Positions 34,838 through 44,427 of a stretch of 64,000 bases of DNA are shown piece after piece. Positions within the stretch are counted from its first letter, which is position 1. Each line of letters begins with the position of its first letter. The stretch is from positions 64,292 through 128,291 of the forward strand of contig DAISVY010000008.1 of the NCBI GenBank assembly GCA_036826635.1, in the 5' to 3' direction. The translations under genes and the position numbers were made by a program. The stretch comes from Candidatus Zixiibacteriota bacterium. GTDB lineage: Bacteria; Zixibacteria; MSB-5A5; GN15; FEB-12. The notes beneath the pieces were generated by a model. That model saw only the letters and a program-made list of their open reading frames with translations, was not told the DNA's origin and ran no database searches.

Positions 34838-35158
34838 TTACCCGGCATGGATCTCGTCGCGCACCCAGGCAAGGTACTCGGGCAGTCCGGCAGACACGTC
34901 CAGGGCAAGGATCTCAGGCGGATCGTACGGGTGGTTATCCTGTACATAGGTCATCAATTCGTCGAACTTGCCCTTTATCGTCTTGACCAGAAGCAGAGCC
35001 TCGGTATCGTTCTGCACGGTATCGTCCCACCAGAAATAGGATTCGATCTTGGGGATGATGTTGACGCAGGCGGCCAGCCGTTTTTCAACCAGCGTTCGCG
35101 CCAGCTTGTTCGTTTCCCCCAGCGGGACGGAGATGAACACTACTCGCACTGTTTCCAT
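34838..35158 (-). CDS. cutA: divalent-cation tolerance protein CutA
   Basis: 106 aa; LVEKRLAACVNI and YPYDPPEI motifs. Confidence 0.85.
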   Translation of the reverse strand: METVRVVFISVPLGETNKLARTLVEKRLAACVNIIPKIESYFWWDDTVQNDTEALLLVKTIKGKFDELMTYVQDNHPYDPPEILALDVSAGLPEYLAWVRDEIHAG

Positions 35159-35466
35159 TACTTGTTGACCTCCCTGCCTAACTTTTTTTCGACTGAGGCG
35201 GTCTTGCCCGTGAGACGCCCGCGGGCGCCTTTGCGATCATCAATGCTCATTACGATATATACGCGGCTGTATTTGCGGCGCAAAGCCAGCCGAGCCTTGT
35301 TTATAACCGCCAGCACCTCGTCCCAGCTTCCTTCGATGGCCGTCGACATCGGACCGAACTTGTACGGCAAACCGGACTTGTCGATGATGTCGATTACCCG
35401 GGCCACATCGGCCGAGGCCGAAGTCCCCCCCTTCGAGGTCGGGAACATACTCACCTGAAACAGCAT
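35158..35466 (-). CDS. MTH1187/YkoF-family (DUF77, UPF0045) protein
   Basis: 102 aa; MLFQVSMFPTSKGGTSASADVARVIDII...GPMSTAIEG is typical of UPF0045. Confidence 0.7.
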   Translation of the reverse strand: MLFQVSMFPTSKGGTSASADVARVIDIIDKSGLPYKFGPMSTAIEGSWDEVLAVINKARLALRRKYSRVYIVMSIDDRKGARGRLTGKTASVEKKLGREVNK

Positions 35467-35477
35467 GACCGTATCTC

Positions 35478-36725
35478 CTATTGACGCTCCGGGTACAACG
35501 GGAACTTCTTGCAGAATTCCGCAACCTCGACGGCTATCCCGGCCAAAGCGTCATCATCGCGACGATTCTGAATCGCTCGATCAATAAAGTCGGCAATTAT
35601 CGGCATTTCCCCAACGCCCATGCCCCGTGTCGTGATAGCCGGCGTACCGATACGGATACCCGAAGTCACGAAGGGCTTCTCCGGATCAAAAGGAACGGTG
35701 TTTTTGTTGGCCGTAATCCCCGCCTTATCCAGAGCCTTCTCCACCTTTTTGCCCGTCAACTTCGGAACATCGATAAAGGAAAGAAGCATCAAATGAGTGT
35801 CGGTACCGCCCGAGACCAGCTTGTAGCCTTTGTCAGTCAGGGCCTGGGCCAGCGCCTTGGCGTTATCGACGATCCTCTTCTGATAGGCGTTGAACTCGTC
35901 GGTCAAAGCTTCTTTGAAAGCGACGGCTTTGGCGGCGATGATATGCATCAGCGGTCCACCCTGGATACCCGGCATGACCATGCGGTCCAGATCGGCGGCG
36001 TACTGCTCTTTGCACATGACCATGCCACCACGCGGACCGCGCAGTGTTTTGTGCGTGGTGGTGGTGACGAAATCGGCGTACGGTATCGGTGATGGATGCA
36101 GACCGGCCGCGACCAGACCGGCTATGTGTGCGATATCCACCATCATGTATGCTCCGACGGCATCACAGGCGGCGCGTATCTTTTCGAAATCGAAAAAACG
36201 CGGATAAGCCGAAGCTCCCGACACGACCATCTTTGGTTTTACTTCTTTCACCTGCTTTATCAGTTTATCGTAGTCGATCACTTCGGTGTCCCGCTCCACC
36301 TGATAGGCGGTGAAATTGAAAAGAAACCCGGAGAAATTGATAGGGTGACCGTGAGTAAGATGGCCGCCGTGTGACAGGTCCAGCCCCATGACTTTATCAC
36401 CGGGTTTGAGGACGGTGAAATACACGGCCATGTTGGCCTGAGAACCGGAATGCGGCTGAACATTGGCATGGTCGCACCCGAAAAGTTTTTTGGCCCGGTC
36501 GCGAGCAAGATCCTCGGCAACGTCGACGAACTCACAACCACCATAGTAACGCTTGGCCGGGTAACCCTCGGCGTACTTGTTGGTCATCACACCGCCGGCC
36601 GCTTCCATAACCGCTTCCGAAACGAAATTCTCAGAAGCAATCAGTTCAAGCTTGGTCGACTGGCGATTCGTCTCCTTGGTCATCGCGTCATATATCTCAG
36701 GGTCGGTTTGCTGCAAATACGACAT
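35478..36725 (-). CDS. glyA: serine hydroxymethyltransferase GlyA
   Basis: [22 protein letters not shown]. Start taken at the ATG at 36725, preceded by GGAGGAG. Confidence 0.95.
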   Translation of the reverse strand: MSYLQQTDPEIYDAMTKETNRQSTKLELIASENFVSEAVMEAAGGVMTNKYAEGYPAKRYYGGCEFVDVAEDLARDRAKKLFGCDHANVQPHSGSQANMAVYFTVLKPGDKVMGLDLSHGGHLTHGHPINFSGFLFNFTAYQVERDTEVIDYDKLIKQVKEVKPKMVVSGASAYPRFFDFEKIRAACDAVGAYMMVDIAHIAGLVAAGLHPSPIPYADFVTTTTHKTLRGPRGGMVMCKEQYAADLDRMVMPGIQGGPLMHIIAAKAVAFKEALTDEFNAYQKRIVDNAKALAQALTDKGYKLVSGGTDTHLMLLSFIDVPKLTGKKVEKALDKAGITANKNTVPFDPEKPFVTSGIRIGTPAITTRGMGVGEMPIIADFIDRAIQNRRDDDALAGIAVEVAEFCKKFPLYPERQ

Positions 36726-36760
36726 ACTCTCCTCCACGAGTGAAATATCAGAACCTGCCC

Positions 36761-36789
36761 AATGTAGCTAAAATACCATAACGGGTCAA
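36761..36789 (-). promoter_or_regulatory. sigma-70 promoter candidate for glyA
   Basis: Minus strand reads TTGACC-N17-TACATT, about 30 nt upstream of the glyA ATG at 36725. Confidence 0.5.
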
Positions 36790-36830
36790 CGGGTTACCGA
36801 CAGGTGATCCGGGACCTGTCGGGCCGCGGC

Positions 36831-36870
36831 AAAAAGCCGGATTCTCCGCCCAAAAACGCAGAATCCGGCT
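36831..36870 (-). terminator. rho-independent terminator after rpiB
   Basis: Minus strand reads AGCCGGATTCT-(14-nt loop)-AGAATCCGGCT followed by TTTTT. Confidence 0.7.
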
Positions 36871-36909
36871 CAGAATCGTGACTGTCCGGTGGCCATCCGG
36901 TGCGGTGGC

Positions 36910-37359
36910 TCAGTTGTCCCGGCTTTCCTCCCGGCGGATCTTTTCAAGCCGCCGTATGTGCCGCCCGCCTTCAAACGGGGTTTCCAGAAAAGTCCGGACT
37001 ATTTCCTCCAACTGATCCTCAGGCGTAAATTTGGCGGCCAGAGTGAGAACGTTGGCATCGTTGTGAAGACGCGTGAGCTGGGCCATCTCGACGTTAAGAG
37101 CCAGCCCGGCCCGTACGCCACGGACTTTATTGGCCGCGATATTCATACCGTTGCCGGTCCAGCACACGGTAATGCCATAATCCACCGTCCCGTTGGCGAC
37201 GTTGTGGGCCACCTGAAGCCCGAAATCGGGGTAATCGACAGAGTCGGTCGCATTGTCGGTACCCACATCCACAACCGAATGGCCGAGCTTCCGCAGAATC
37301 CGTTTAACCTTCTCTTTGAACTCGTAACCTTTGTGATCGGAGCCTATGGCTATCTTCAT
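36910..37359 (-). CDS. rpiB: ribose-5-phosphate isomerase B
   Basis: MKIAIGSDHKGYEFK, GITVCWTGNGM. Confidence 0.9.
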   Translation of the reverse strand: MKIAIGSDHKGYEFKEKVKRILRKLGHSVVDVGTDNATDSVDYPDFGLQVAHNVANGTVDYGITVCWTGNGMNIAANKVRGVRAGLALNVEMAQLTRLHNDANVLTLAAKFTPEDQLEEIVRTFLETPFEGGRHIRRLEKIRREESRDN

Positions 37360-38316
37360 TTAGGCCGAGACCTCCTTGTATTCCGGCACCGGCGTGAGCC
37401 AGCCGAATTTGTCTTCGGCCCGGCCCGAAACAATATCAAAATAAGCCTGCTGGAGTTTTTTGGTAATCGGTCCCCGGGTCCCGGACCCGATAGAAATGCC
37501 GTCGATTTCCCGAATCGGACTTATCTCGGCGGCGGAACCGGTAAAGAATACCTCGTCGGCCAGATAGAGTGCCTCGCGAGGGATATTTTGTTCGATAACC
37601 TTAATGCCCATATCTTCCGCCAGACAGATAACATTGTGGCGCGTTATACCCGGCAGAATCGAAGCCGTAAAAGTCGGCGTAATCAGTACACCGTTGCGTA
37701 CGATAAACAGATTCTCCCCCGACCCCTCGGAAACATGACCGGACACATCCAGCGCAATACCTTCCGTATAGCCATGCGCAATGGCCTCCAGTTTGATCAA
37801 CTGACCGTTCATATAATTGGCCCCGGCTTTGGCCATGGCCGGTATGGTGTTAGGAGCCATGCGATTCCATGACGACACACAAACTCGCACACCGTTCTCA
37901 ATAGCGTCATCGCCGAGATATTTACCCCAATACCAAACCGCAATAGCCACATCTATCGGACAGCCCCGAGGATCCACGCCCAGCGACTTGTAACCGCGAA
38001 ACACGACCGGGCGAATATAGCACGACTTAAGCCCATTGGCCCCGATAAGACTCAAAATGGCCTGGTTGATCTCTTCCTGACTATAGGGTATCTCCATGCG
38101 ATATATCTTGGCCGAATCGAACAAACGCTTGGTGTGCTCCTCCAGACACAACACCGCCGGTCCCCTTGATGTCTCATAGCATCGAGCCCCCTCGAAAACC
38201 GAGGAACCGTAGTGAACGACATGTGAGAGCACATGAATCTTCGCATCTTCCCATTTGACCAATTTACCGTTCATCCAGATGTATTCGACCTGTTCCATAA
38301 CCTTCTCCTTGTGCAA
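37360..38316 (-). CDS. ilvE: branched-chain amino acid aminotransferase
   Basis: 318 aa class-IV aminotransferase; [30 protein letters not shown]. The start may be the ATG at 38298. Confidence 0.88.
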   Translation of the reverse strand: MHKEKVMEQVEYIWMNGKLVKWEDAKIHVLSHVVHYGSSVFEGARCYETSRGPAVLCLEEHTKRLFDSAKIYRMEIPYSQEEINQAILSLIGANGLKSCYIRPVVFRGYKSLGVDPRGCPIDVAIAVWYWGKYLGDDAIENGVRVCVSSWNRMAPNTIPAMAKAGANYMNGQLIKLEAIAHGYTEGIALDVSGHVSEGSGENLFIVRNGVLITPTFTASILPGITRHNVICLAEDMGIKVIEQNIPREALYLADEVFFTGSAAEISPIREIDGISIGSGTRGPITKKLQQAYFDIVSGRAEDKFGWLTPVPEYKEVSA

Positions 38317-38343
38317 CTGAGCAGTTCAGAATTCAACCTGAAA

Positions 38344-38372
38344 ATAATACGAAAATCCCACCGGCACTTCAA
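38344..38372 (-). promoter_or_regulatory. sigma-70 promoter candidate for ilvE-rpiB
   Basis: Minus strand reads TTGAAG-N17-TATTAT, just upstream of ilvE. Confidence 0.45.
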
Positions 38373-38425
38373 CGAAAATCGCTCCGTTCCCCCAAGCCCG
38401 AACCAGCCGCGCCGGCATTAAGCCT

Positions 38426-38454
38426 TTGACGAAAGGAAGGTTCCGGGGTATATT
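38426..38454 (+). promoter_or_regulatory. sigma-70 promoter candidate for the dockerin-like protein gene
   Basis: TTGACG-N17-TATATT, about 110 nt upstream of the ATG at 38572. Confidence 0.55.
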
Positions 38455-38571
38455 ACAGACAGCAACATCGGGGCTTTTTCTGATTACAATTCGAATCGCA
38501 AACGCAACGCCGCAGGGGATCGGTCTCTGCGGAAACGTTGTAGTACCGTCTAACTCCGGAGGGAACCGATC

Positions 38572-39414
38572 ATGAACAAGATCAGTGCATGTTGTGTGCT
38601 GGCCGTGTTAATTCTGGCCACACCGTCAATCTTCGCCGTGTGCGGAGACGTTAACGCCAGCGGTGGACTACCGAATTTAGCCGACATTTCCGCCCTGGTA
38701 AACTTTCTTTTTATCGATGCCACACTGGCCGCACCCGCCGACGCCGATCTCGACGATATGGCCGGGATAAGCATTGCCGACTTGAATCATCTCACCGATC
38801 ATCTCTTCGGTACTTTCCCTCCACTGGACTGCGTGATCGACAACTGTTATGATTTCGGCATCTCTCTTGAAGACACCGTCATCTTACCGATGGCCCAGTG
38901 TGTCGACTTCAGCCTGAACAACCTTGCACTGCCGGTTGAAACACGACTGGGGCCCAACACCACCTCGCTTTACCTGCCGATTGATCCTGTCGGATCGGGT
39001 TCCAACGGTTGTTTTTCGTTCGTCAACGCTACCCTGACCGGCCCTACGGGATCAGTCGGTCAGGCTGCCACCGGGACTATTGCCGTCGTGGGTGGCGTTG
39101 AACCCGGGAATTACGTCGGTACGAACACGTTTTTCGAATTAAACTACACCCGCACAGCCCCCGGCTACGGCACGGTAACGACCGGCCCCACGGACATAGA
39201 CTGGGACCGACGCTTTGTGATTCAGCATACCGATCCGATAACAGGAGAACGCGATCTGTTTCGTCCGGTTATCGAATACTGCTGGGTATATGATTATCCC
39301 GATGGTGATATTGACTGCAATTGCATGCGGGATATGGGGGACCTTACGATCATGATCGACGGGCTGTTCATCAGCCTCACCTGGCCGCCATCCTGCCCCC
39401 ATCTGCCATTTTGA
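38572..39414 (+). CDS. secreted protein with N-terminal dockerin-like duplicated Ca-binding segments
   Basis: Signal peptide, then CGDVNASGGLPNLADISALVNFLF and ADLDDMAGISIADLNHLTDHLF (dockerin-type paired EF-hand-like repeats). A third DGDIDCN...DLTIMIDGLF lies near the C-terminus. Confidence 0.6.
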   Translation: MNKISACCVLAVLILATPSIFAVCGDVNASGGLPNLADISALVNFLFIDATLAAPADADLDDMAGISIADLNHLTDHLFGTFPPLDCVIDNCYDFGISLEDTVILPMAQCVDFSLNNLALPVETRLGPNTTSLYLPIDPVGSGSNGCFSFVNATLTGPTGSVGQAATGTIAVVGGVEPGNYVGTNTFFELNYTRTAPGYGTVTTGPTDIDWDRRFVIQHTDPITGERDLFRPVIEYCWVYDYPDGDIDCNCMRDMGDLTIMIDGLFISLTWPPSCPHLPF

Positions 39415-39480
39415 TGACACCTGCGGCAACCGGGCAGTAGAAGCGAATCGGAAAAACACGGCTCGCAATCAAGCGCCGCC

Positions 39481-39506
39481 GCTGGGGGTTTTCAGGAACC
39501 CCCAGC
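39481..39506. terminator. hairpin between convergent genes (dockerin-like gene and acyl-CoA dehydrogenase)
   Basis: GCTGGGGGTT-TTCAGG-AACCCCCAGC, a 10-bp stem. The T-run on the plus strand comes only after an 8-nt gap. Confidence 0.4.
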
Positions 39507-39548
39507 GCGAACACTTTTATTTTCCTGCGCTATCCGATTCGATTAATT

Positions 39549-40691
39549 CTAATCTCTCAAGAGATCCCGAGATATCACCATCCGCTGGGCCTCGGTCGTT
39601 CCCTCGTAAAGCTCCGTGACCCGGGCGTCCCGGAAATAGCGTTCGACGGGATACTCTTTTATGTATCCATAACCACCATGGATTTGCACCGCTTCATTAC
39701 ACACGTAATTGGCCGTTCGGCTGCAAAACAGCTTGGCCATGGATGACTCGCGATGACATGGTTTCCCCTCGTCTTTCAACTGAGCGGCCCGATAGGCCAG
39801 CAAACGACCGGCGTCCAGACGAGTGGCCATTTCCGCCAGCTTGAACTGAATAGCCTGGAAATTGCTGATCGTCTGACCGAACTGCTTGCGTTCCTTAGAA
39901 TACTTGACGGCCTCATTGAGCGCCGCCTGGGCAATACCGATAGACTGGAAAGAAACCCCTATACGTCCCGAGTTGAGAATAGTAACGCACTGTTTGAAAC
40001 CGTCACCTTCATTCCCTACCAGGTTTTCCCTGGGCACTTTCACGTCCTGGAGACTTATCTCCCGGGTGTCCGACGCCTTCATGCCGCACTTCTCTTCGGC
40101 CTTCCCCACCGTGATTCCCTCGGCATCACCGTCTACCACAAGGCAGGATATACCCTTGCGGCCGGCCTCGGGGTTCGTTTTCGTAAAGACAACAAGCACC
40201 TTGGCCAGGGAACCGTTGGTCACGAAGGTTTTGGTCCCATTGAGCAGATAATGATCGCCTTTGTTCACCGCCGTGGTGCTGAGCGAGGCCACATCCGTTC
40301 CGGCGTTCGGCTCGGTGATACAATAAGCCCCGATCTTCTGACCGGTAGCCATGGCCGGGAGATACTTCTGCTGAAGTTCCTTTGAGCCGAAGAGACGAAG
40401 AATCTCACAGGCCAGAGAGTTGTGTACCGAGAGCATGATACCGAACCCGGCCGAGGCGGCGCAGATTTCTTCCAGCACCCCCATAAACGAGGTGGAATTC
40501 ATGCCCAGACCGTCGAATTCCTCCGGCACCGTAAAACCGAAATATCCCAACTCGGCGCATTCGTCGATCAGGTCCTGGGGCGATTCGCCTTTTTCGTCCA
40601 TTTCCATGGCACGCGGGTAAATCCGTTTCTCGGCCAACTCGCGGGCCATTTGCTTCAGTTCCAGATCCTCTTCAGACAGATGAAAATCCAT
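39549..40691 (-). CDS. acyl-CoA dehydrogenase (short-chain/butyryl type)
   Basis: 380 aa; GAYCITEPNAGTD, QIHGGYGYIKEYPVERYFRDARVTELYEGT. Confidence 0.9.
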   Translation of the reverse strand: MDFHLSEEDLELKQMARELAEKRIYPRAMEMDEKGESPQDLIDECAELGYFGFTVPEEFDGLGMNSTSFMGVLEEICAASAGFGIMLSVHNSLACEILRLFGSKELQQKYLPAMATGQKIGAYCITEPNAGTDVASLSTTAVNKGDHYLLNGTKTFVTNGSLAKVLVVFTKTNPEAGRKGISCLVVDGDAEGITVGKAEEKCGMKASDTREISLQDVKVPRENLVGNEGDGFKQCVTILNSGRIGVSFQSIGIAQAALNEAVKYSKERKQFGQTISNFQAIQFKLAEMATRLDAGRLLAYRAAQLKDEGKPCHRESSMAKLFCSRTANYVCNEAVQIHGGYGYIKEYPVERYFRDARVTELYEGTTEAQRMVISRDLLRD

Positions 40692-40702
40692 GGTGACGCT
40701 CC

Positions 40703-41566
40703 TTATTGGTCATAAGTATAAAATCCGCGTCCCGCTTTCCGACCGAGATACCCGGCCTGCACCATCTTGCGCAGGAGAGGACAGGGACGATATTTCGGAT
40801 CGCCCAAACCCTCGTGCATTACTTCCAAAATAGCCAGGCAAACATCGAGACCGATAAAATCGGCCAGGAAGAGCGGCCCCATGGGGTGCCCCATCCCGAG
40901 TTTCATAACCTCGTCAATCGCCTCCACCGTGCCCACGCCTTCCATGCGGGCGAAAATCGCCTCGTTAATCATAGGCATAAGGATGCGATTAGCGATAAAC
41001 CCGGGATAGTCGTTCACTTCCACCGGTGTCTTGCCAAGCTTCACGGACAACTCTTTTATGAGAGTAAAGGTGTCATCCGATGTGGCCATGCCCCGGATAA
41101 GTTCGATCAATCTCATCATCGGAACCGGATTCATGAAATGCATTCCAATGAATTTGTCCGGGTGATTCGTAGCGGCCGCCAGACGTGTAATAGGTAACGA
41201 TGAAGTGTTCGAAGCCAGGATCACGTCGCCCGTACAGACATCGCCAAGCTTTCGGAACAAGTCCAGCTTGACGTCCAGATCTTCGGTCACGGCTTCGATG
41301 ACCAGTTGCGAGCCGGCTACGGCCTTTACGTCGATGGCGGCGGTTATTCGCCCCAGCGCGGCCTGTTTGTCGGCATCGGTAATCTTCTCTTTTTTGATCA
41401 TACGGTCGAGCGACTTACCTATCACGGCCAGCGCTCGATCCAGAAAAGACTGTTCCATATCAACCAGGGTCACATCGTACCCGGTCTGGGCAAATACCTG
41501 GGCAATACCGTTGCCCATGGTGCCACAGCCTATCACCGAAATATTCTTGATGTCGTCAATTTTCAT
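40703..41566 (-). CDS. 3-hydroxyacyl/3-hydroxybutyryl-CoA dehydrogenase
   Basis: ISVIGCGTMGNGIAQ Rossmann motif; NTSSLPIT, FMNPVPMM. Confidence 0.9.
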   Translation of the reverse strand: MKIDDIKNISVIGCGTMGNGIAQVFAQTGYDVTLVDMEQSFLDRALAVIGKSLDRMIKKEKITDADKQAALGRITAAIDVKAVAGSQLVIEAVTEDLDVKLDLFRKLGDVCTGDVILASNTSSLPITRLAAATNHPDKFIGMHFMNPVPMMRLIELIRGMATSDDTFTLIKELSVKLGKTPVEVNDYPGFIANRILMPMINEAIFARMEGVGTVEAIDEVMKLGMGHPMGPLFLADFIGLDVCLAILEVMHEGLGDPKYRPCPLLRKMVQAGYLGRKAGRGFYTYDQ

Positions 41567-41590
41567 TTCATTGTCTCCTGCCCTGATTGC

Positions 41591-42781
41591 TCACACCATC
41601 TCGATAGCCATGGCCACGGCGTTAGCACCCCCCAGACAAAGAGTGGCCAACCCATTTTTCAGGTCGCGGTCCTTAAGGGCATAAATAAGAGTGGTCAAAA
41701 CCCGAGCACCGGAAGCCCCGATGGGATGTCCCAGAGCCACCGCCCCGCCGTGCACATTGACCCGGTCGAAATCCCAGCCCAAACCGCGGCCGTCGGCAAT
41801 TGCCTGAGCCGAGAAGGCCTCGTTGGCTTCGATCAGACCCCAATGGTTGATGTCAACGTTCATTTTTTTCATCAACTTCTGAACCGCGTAAATCGGGGTA
41901 AAGAAAACGTCCATAGGTTCGGCGCCAGAGGCGGCATAGTCAACTACTTTCGCCAGCGGTTTGAGACCTTTCTCTCTGACGTATTCCCCGGAAGCGAGCA
42001 CGAGAGCAGAGGTGCCGTCGTTTAGTCCGGGAGAGTTACCGGCCGTCACGGTACCGTCCTTTTCAAAGGCCGGTCGCAACCGGGCCAGTTTTTCCAGGGA
42101 AATGTCTGGACGAGGGTTTTCGTCAGCCTTGAACACGATGGGGTCACCCTTGCGCTGCGGAATTATGACCGGGAAAATCTCGGCGTCGAATTTCCCCGCC
42201 CCCATCGCGGCAACCGCCTTGCGATGCGAATTGTACGCATACTCGTCCTGCTCTTCGCGGGTTATGCCGACTTTTCTGCACGTATACTCGGCGGCACTGC
42301 CCATGTGAACGTCGTTGAAACTGTCCCACAGACCGTCGGAGATCATGATGTCATCAAGTTTGCTGTGTCCGAACTTGGTGCCGGTTTTGGCCCCCCGGAT
42401 AATATACGGTGTCTGCGACATCGACTCCATGCCTCCGACCACGAAAAGGTTGCCGTCGCCGGCCCGAATGGCCTGGGTGGCCAGCATCACGGCTTTAAGG
42501 CCTGACCCGCACACTTTGTTTATCGTCATACAGGGAACATCCGCCGGGATACCACCGTGGATGGCCGCCTGACGGGCCGGTGCCTGACCACATCCCCCCT
42601 GCACAACCTGCCCCATAATGACTTCATCGATGTCCGCCGGGTCGATTTTGGCCCGTTTAACGGCCTCTTTGATAGCCTGTGCTCCCAGTTGTGTTGCAGA
42701 CATGGTCCCCAACCCGCCGTGAAGCACTCCAATGGCGCTTCGGCAAGCTGAGATGATATACGCTTCTTTCCCATCAGCCAT
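41591..42781 (-). CDS. acetyl-CoA acetyltransferase (thiolase II)
   Basis: 396 aa; NKVCGSGLKAV active-site Cys, NVHGGAVALGHPIGASG, CLGGANAVAM. Confidence 0.92.
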   Translation of the reverse strand: MADGKEAYIISACRSAIGVLHGGLGTMSATQLGAQAIKEAVKRAKIDPADIDEVIMGQVVQGGCGQAPARQAAIHGGIPADVPCMTINKVCGSGLKAVMLATQAIRAGDGNLFVVGGMESMSQTPYIIRGAKTGTKFGHSKLDDIMISDGLWDSFNDVHMGSAAEYTCRKVGITREEQDEYAYNSHRKAVAAMGAGKFDAEIFPVIIPQRKGDPIVFKADENPRPDISLEKLARLRPAFEKDGTVTAGNSPGLNDGTSALVLASGEYVREKGLKPLAKVVDYAASGAEPMDVFFTPIYAVQKLMKKMNVDINHWGLIEANEAFSAQAIADGRGLGWDFDRVNVHGGAVALGHPIGASGARVLTTLIYALKDRDLKNGLATLCLGGANAVAMAIEMV

Positions 42782-43009
42782 AAAGTAAAGCCTCCACTTG
42801 GATGATATGATTAAGTAGATGTGTGATGGAGCCTATATAACGAAATCGCCCGACCGGCGCAAGTAAGCCGACAACAAATTATCGATCCGGGGCCGCCCCT
42901 CTTGTCGGCCCTCCCCCTGAAACACCCGAGCTCAGAAAGGCTAAAGCCGGGTTCGAATGCGACCGATCTTAAACCGTGGTGTCCGTCAAAACCCTGAAAA
43001 GGAGAGACT

Positions 43010-43621
43010 ATGAAAAAACTATGGTGGCTGATTGCAATCCTGCTCACCTTCACCGTCGCCGCCTCGGCCCAGACGCCGGTGCCGTTCACGCTGTATGCCA
43101 GCGGGGCGTTCTCACTACCGAATTCGCCCGACGGTTTCAAGGACAATTTCAAAACAGGTTATCACGGCTCACTTGGTCTCGGCATTAAAATGATGCCCAA
43201 CTTCCAGATAATCGGAAAGGCAGAGCTCCATTCATTCAAGTTCGATTTCGACAATTCGGAGCTTTTTGCCGGGATGGACGGATATTCGGGCGGCACTAAC
43301 AACATGTGGATGTTTGGAGCCGACGGCCGCTTCTCGTTCAATCTGCCGGCAGCCCCCATCAGCCCGTTTGTTCTGGCCGGTGCGGGAGTCGCCAGCATAA
43401 AACAGACGGAGTTCGACGGACCGGCCAGCCTGGCCCTGAGCGCGCTGAACTCGTACCTTGACGAAACTCAAACCAAGTTCTACTGGAACGTAGGCGGTGG
43501 CTTTGACTTGAAGAGCGGGCCGCTTTTCAGTCTTTTCGTTCAGGCTCGCTATGTCAGTATTGCAACCGAAGGTGAAGCTTCAAGTTTTGTCCCTATCTCC
43601 CTGGGGATCAGACTCTTCTAA
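43010..43621 (+). CDS. small outer-membrane beta-barrel protein
   Basis: Signal peptide MKKLWWLIAILLTFTVAASAQ, alternating amphipathic strands, terminal LGIRLF. Confidence 0.7.
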   Translation: MKKLWWLIAILLTFTVAASAQTPVPFTLYASGAFSLPNSPDGFKDNFKTGYHGSLGLGIKMMPNFQIIGKAELHSFKFDFDNSELFAGMDGYSGGTNNMWMFGADGRFSFNLPAAPISPFVLAGAGVASIKQTEFDGPASLALSALNSYLDETQTKFYWNVGGGFDLKSGPLFSLFVQARYVSIATEGEASSFVPISLGIRLF

Positions 43622-43649
43622 TAAGAACCGGTCATCTGACACGATATCA

Positions 43650-43680
43650 AGCCGGGATTTCCGATCCCGGCTTTTCTTCT
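43650..43680 (+). terminator. rho-independent terminator after the OM barrel gene 43010-43621
   Basis: AGCCGGGAT-TTCCG-ATCCCGGCT followed by TTTCTTCT. Confidence 0.75.
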
Positions 43681-43748
43681 ATCCGGGCTTTCCTTTCTCA
43701 CCGATATTGCCTATTTTGGGACCCGGATAAGAGTCGCGGAACAGGAGT

Positions 43749-44312
43749 ATGACAGTGCGTCTGTCGCACGCGGTGCTGCTGACCCTGCTGGTGACGGCGA
43801 CGTCATTGCATGCCGGGGCTGGTCGGCCGATTCAGATATACGCAGCGGGGGAATTGGCTCAACCGGTCGGCGACCTGCATGATCGGGTCGATGGCAGTCC
43901 GGGAGGCTCGCTGGGGTTAGGGTATGCTCCCGGGTTTATCTCAACCGGTGAAATTGAGTTTGTACTGCGCGGGGGCTACGAGAGATTCAACACAAACCGT
44001 AATTACGGTCCCGACTTTCGTTTCATCACCATCGGGCTTGACTTCAAACTTAATCTCACCGCTGCTTCGACCAGCAATTACTACCTTCTATTGGGAGCCG
44101 GGTATAGCCATACCGGCCAGTGTAGTTTTGATGTCCCCGGCTACACCTTCAAAAGTCACACCGAACATAACCCCTACCTCTCGGCCGGAGTGGGCGTGGA
44201 ATATCGGCGCAATCCGGTCAGCCCGTTCGTTCAGATTCGTTTCACGGATGTGTCCGGCAAACAAATAGGCGATTACCAATTCTTCAAGTTCGCACTTGGC
44301 CTGAAGCTCTGA
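43749..44312 (+). CDS. small outer-membrane beta-barrel protein (paralog-like)
   Basis: Signal peptide; same size class and strand pattern as 43010-43621; terminal FALGLKL. Confidence 0.65.
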   Translation: MTVRLSHAVLLTLLVTATSLHAGAGRPIQIYAAGELAQPVGDLHDRVDGSPGGSLGLGYAPGFISTGEIEFVLRGGYERFNTNRNYGPDFRFITIGLDFKLNLTAASTSNYYLLLGAGYSHTGQCSFDVPGYTFKSHTEHNPYLSAGVGVEYRRNPVSPFVQIRFTDVSGKQIGDYQFFKFALGLKL

Positions 44313-44427
44313 CCTGTTCGGTCATAACCGAAACATACGGCGACAACCCTTCGTCCATACGCTTTGAGCTTGCTCCATCCTGCGGTTAATCGTATCCTCC
44401 AGCCGGAACGCAGAAGGACACAGCCGC

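Noticed and set aside
42811-43152. 113-aa minus-strand ORF in and beyond the thiolase / OM barrel intergenic region
   Set aside because: It overlaps the start of the well-supported plus-strand barrel gene. It has no RBS or motif support and a Gly/Arg/Ser-rich composition.
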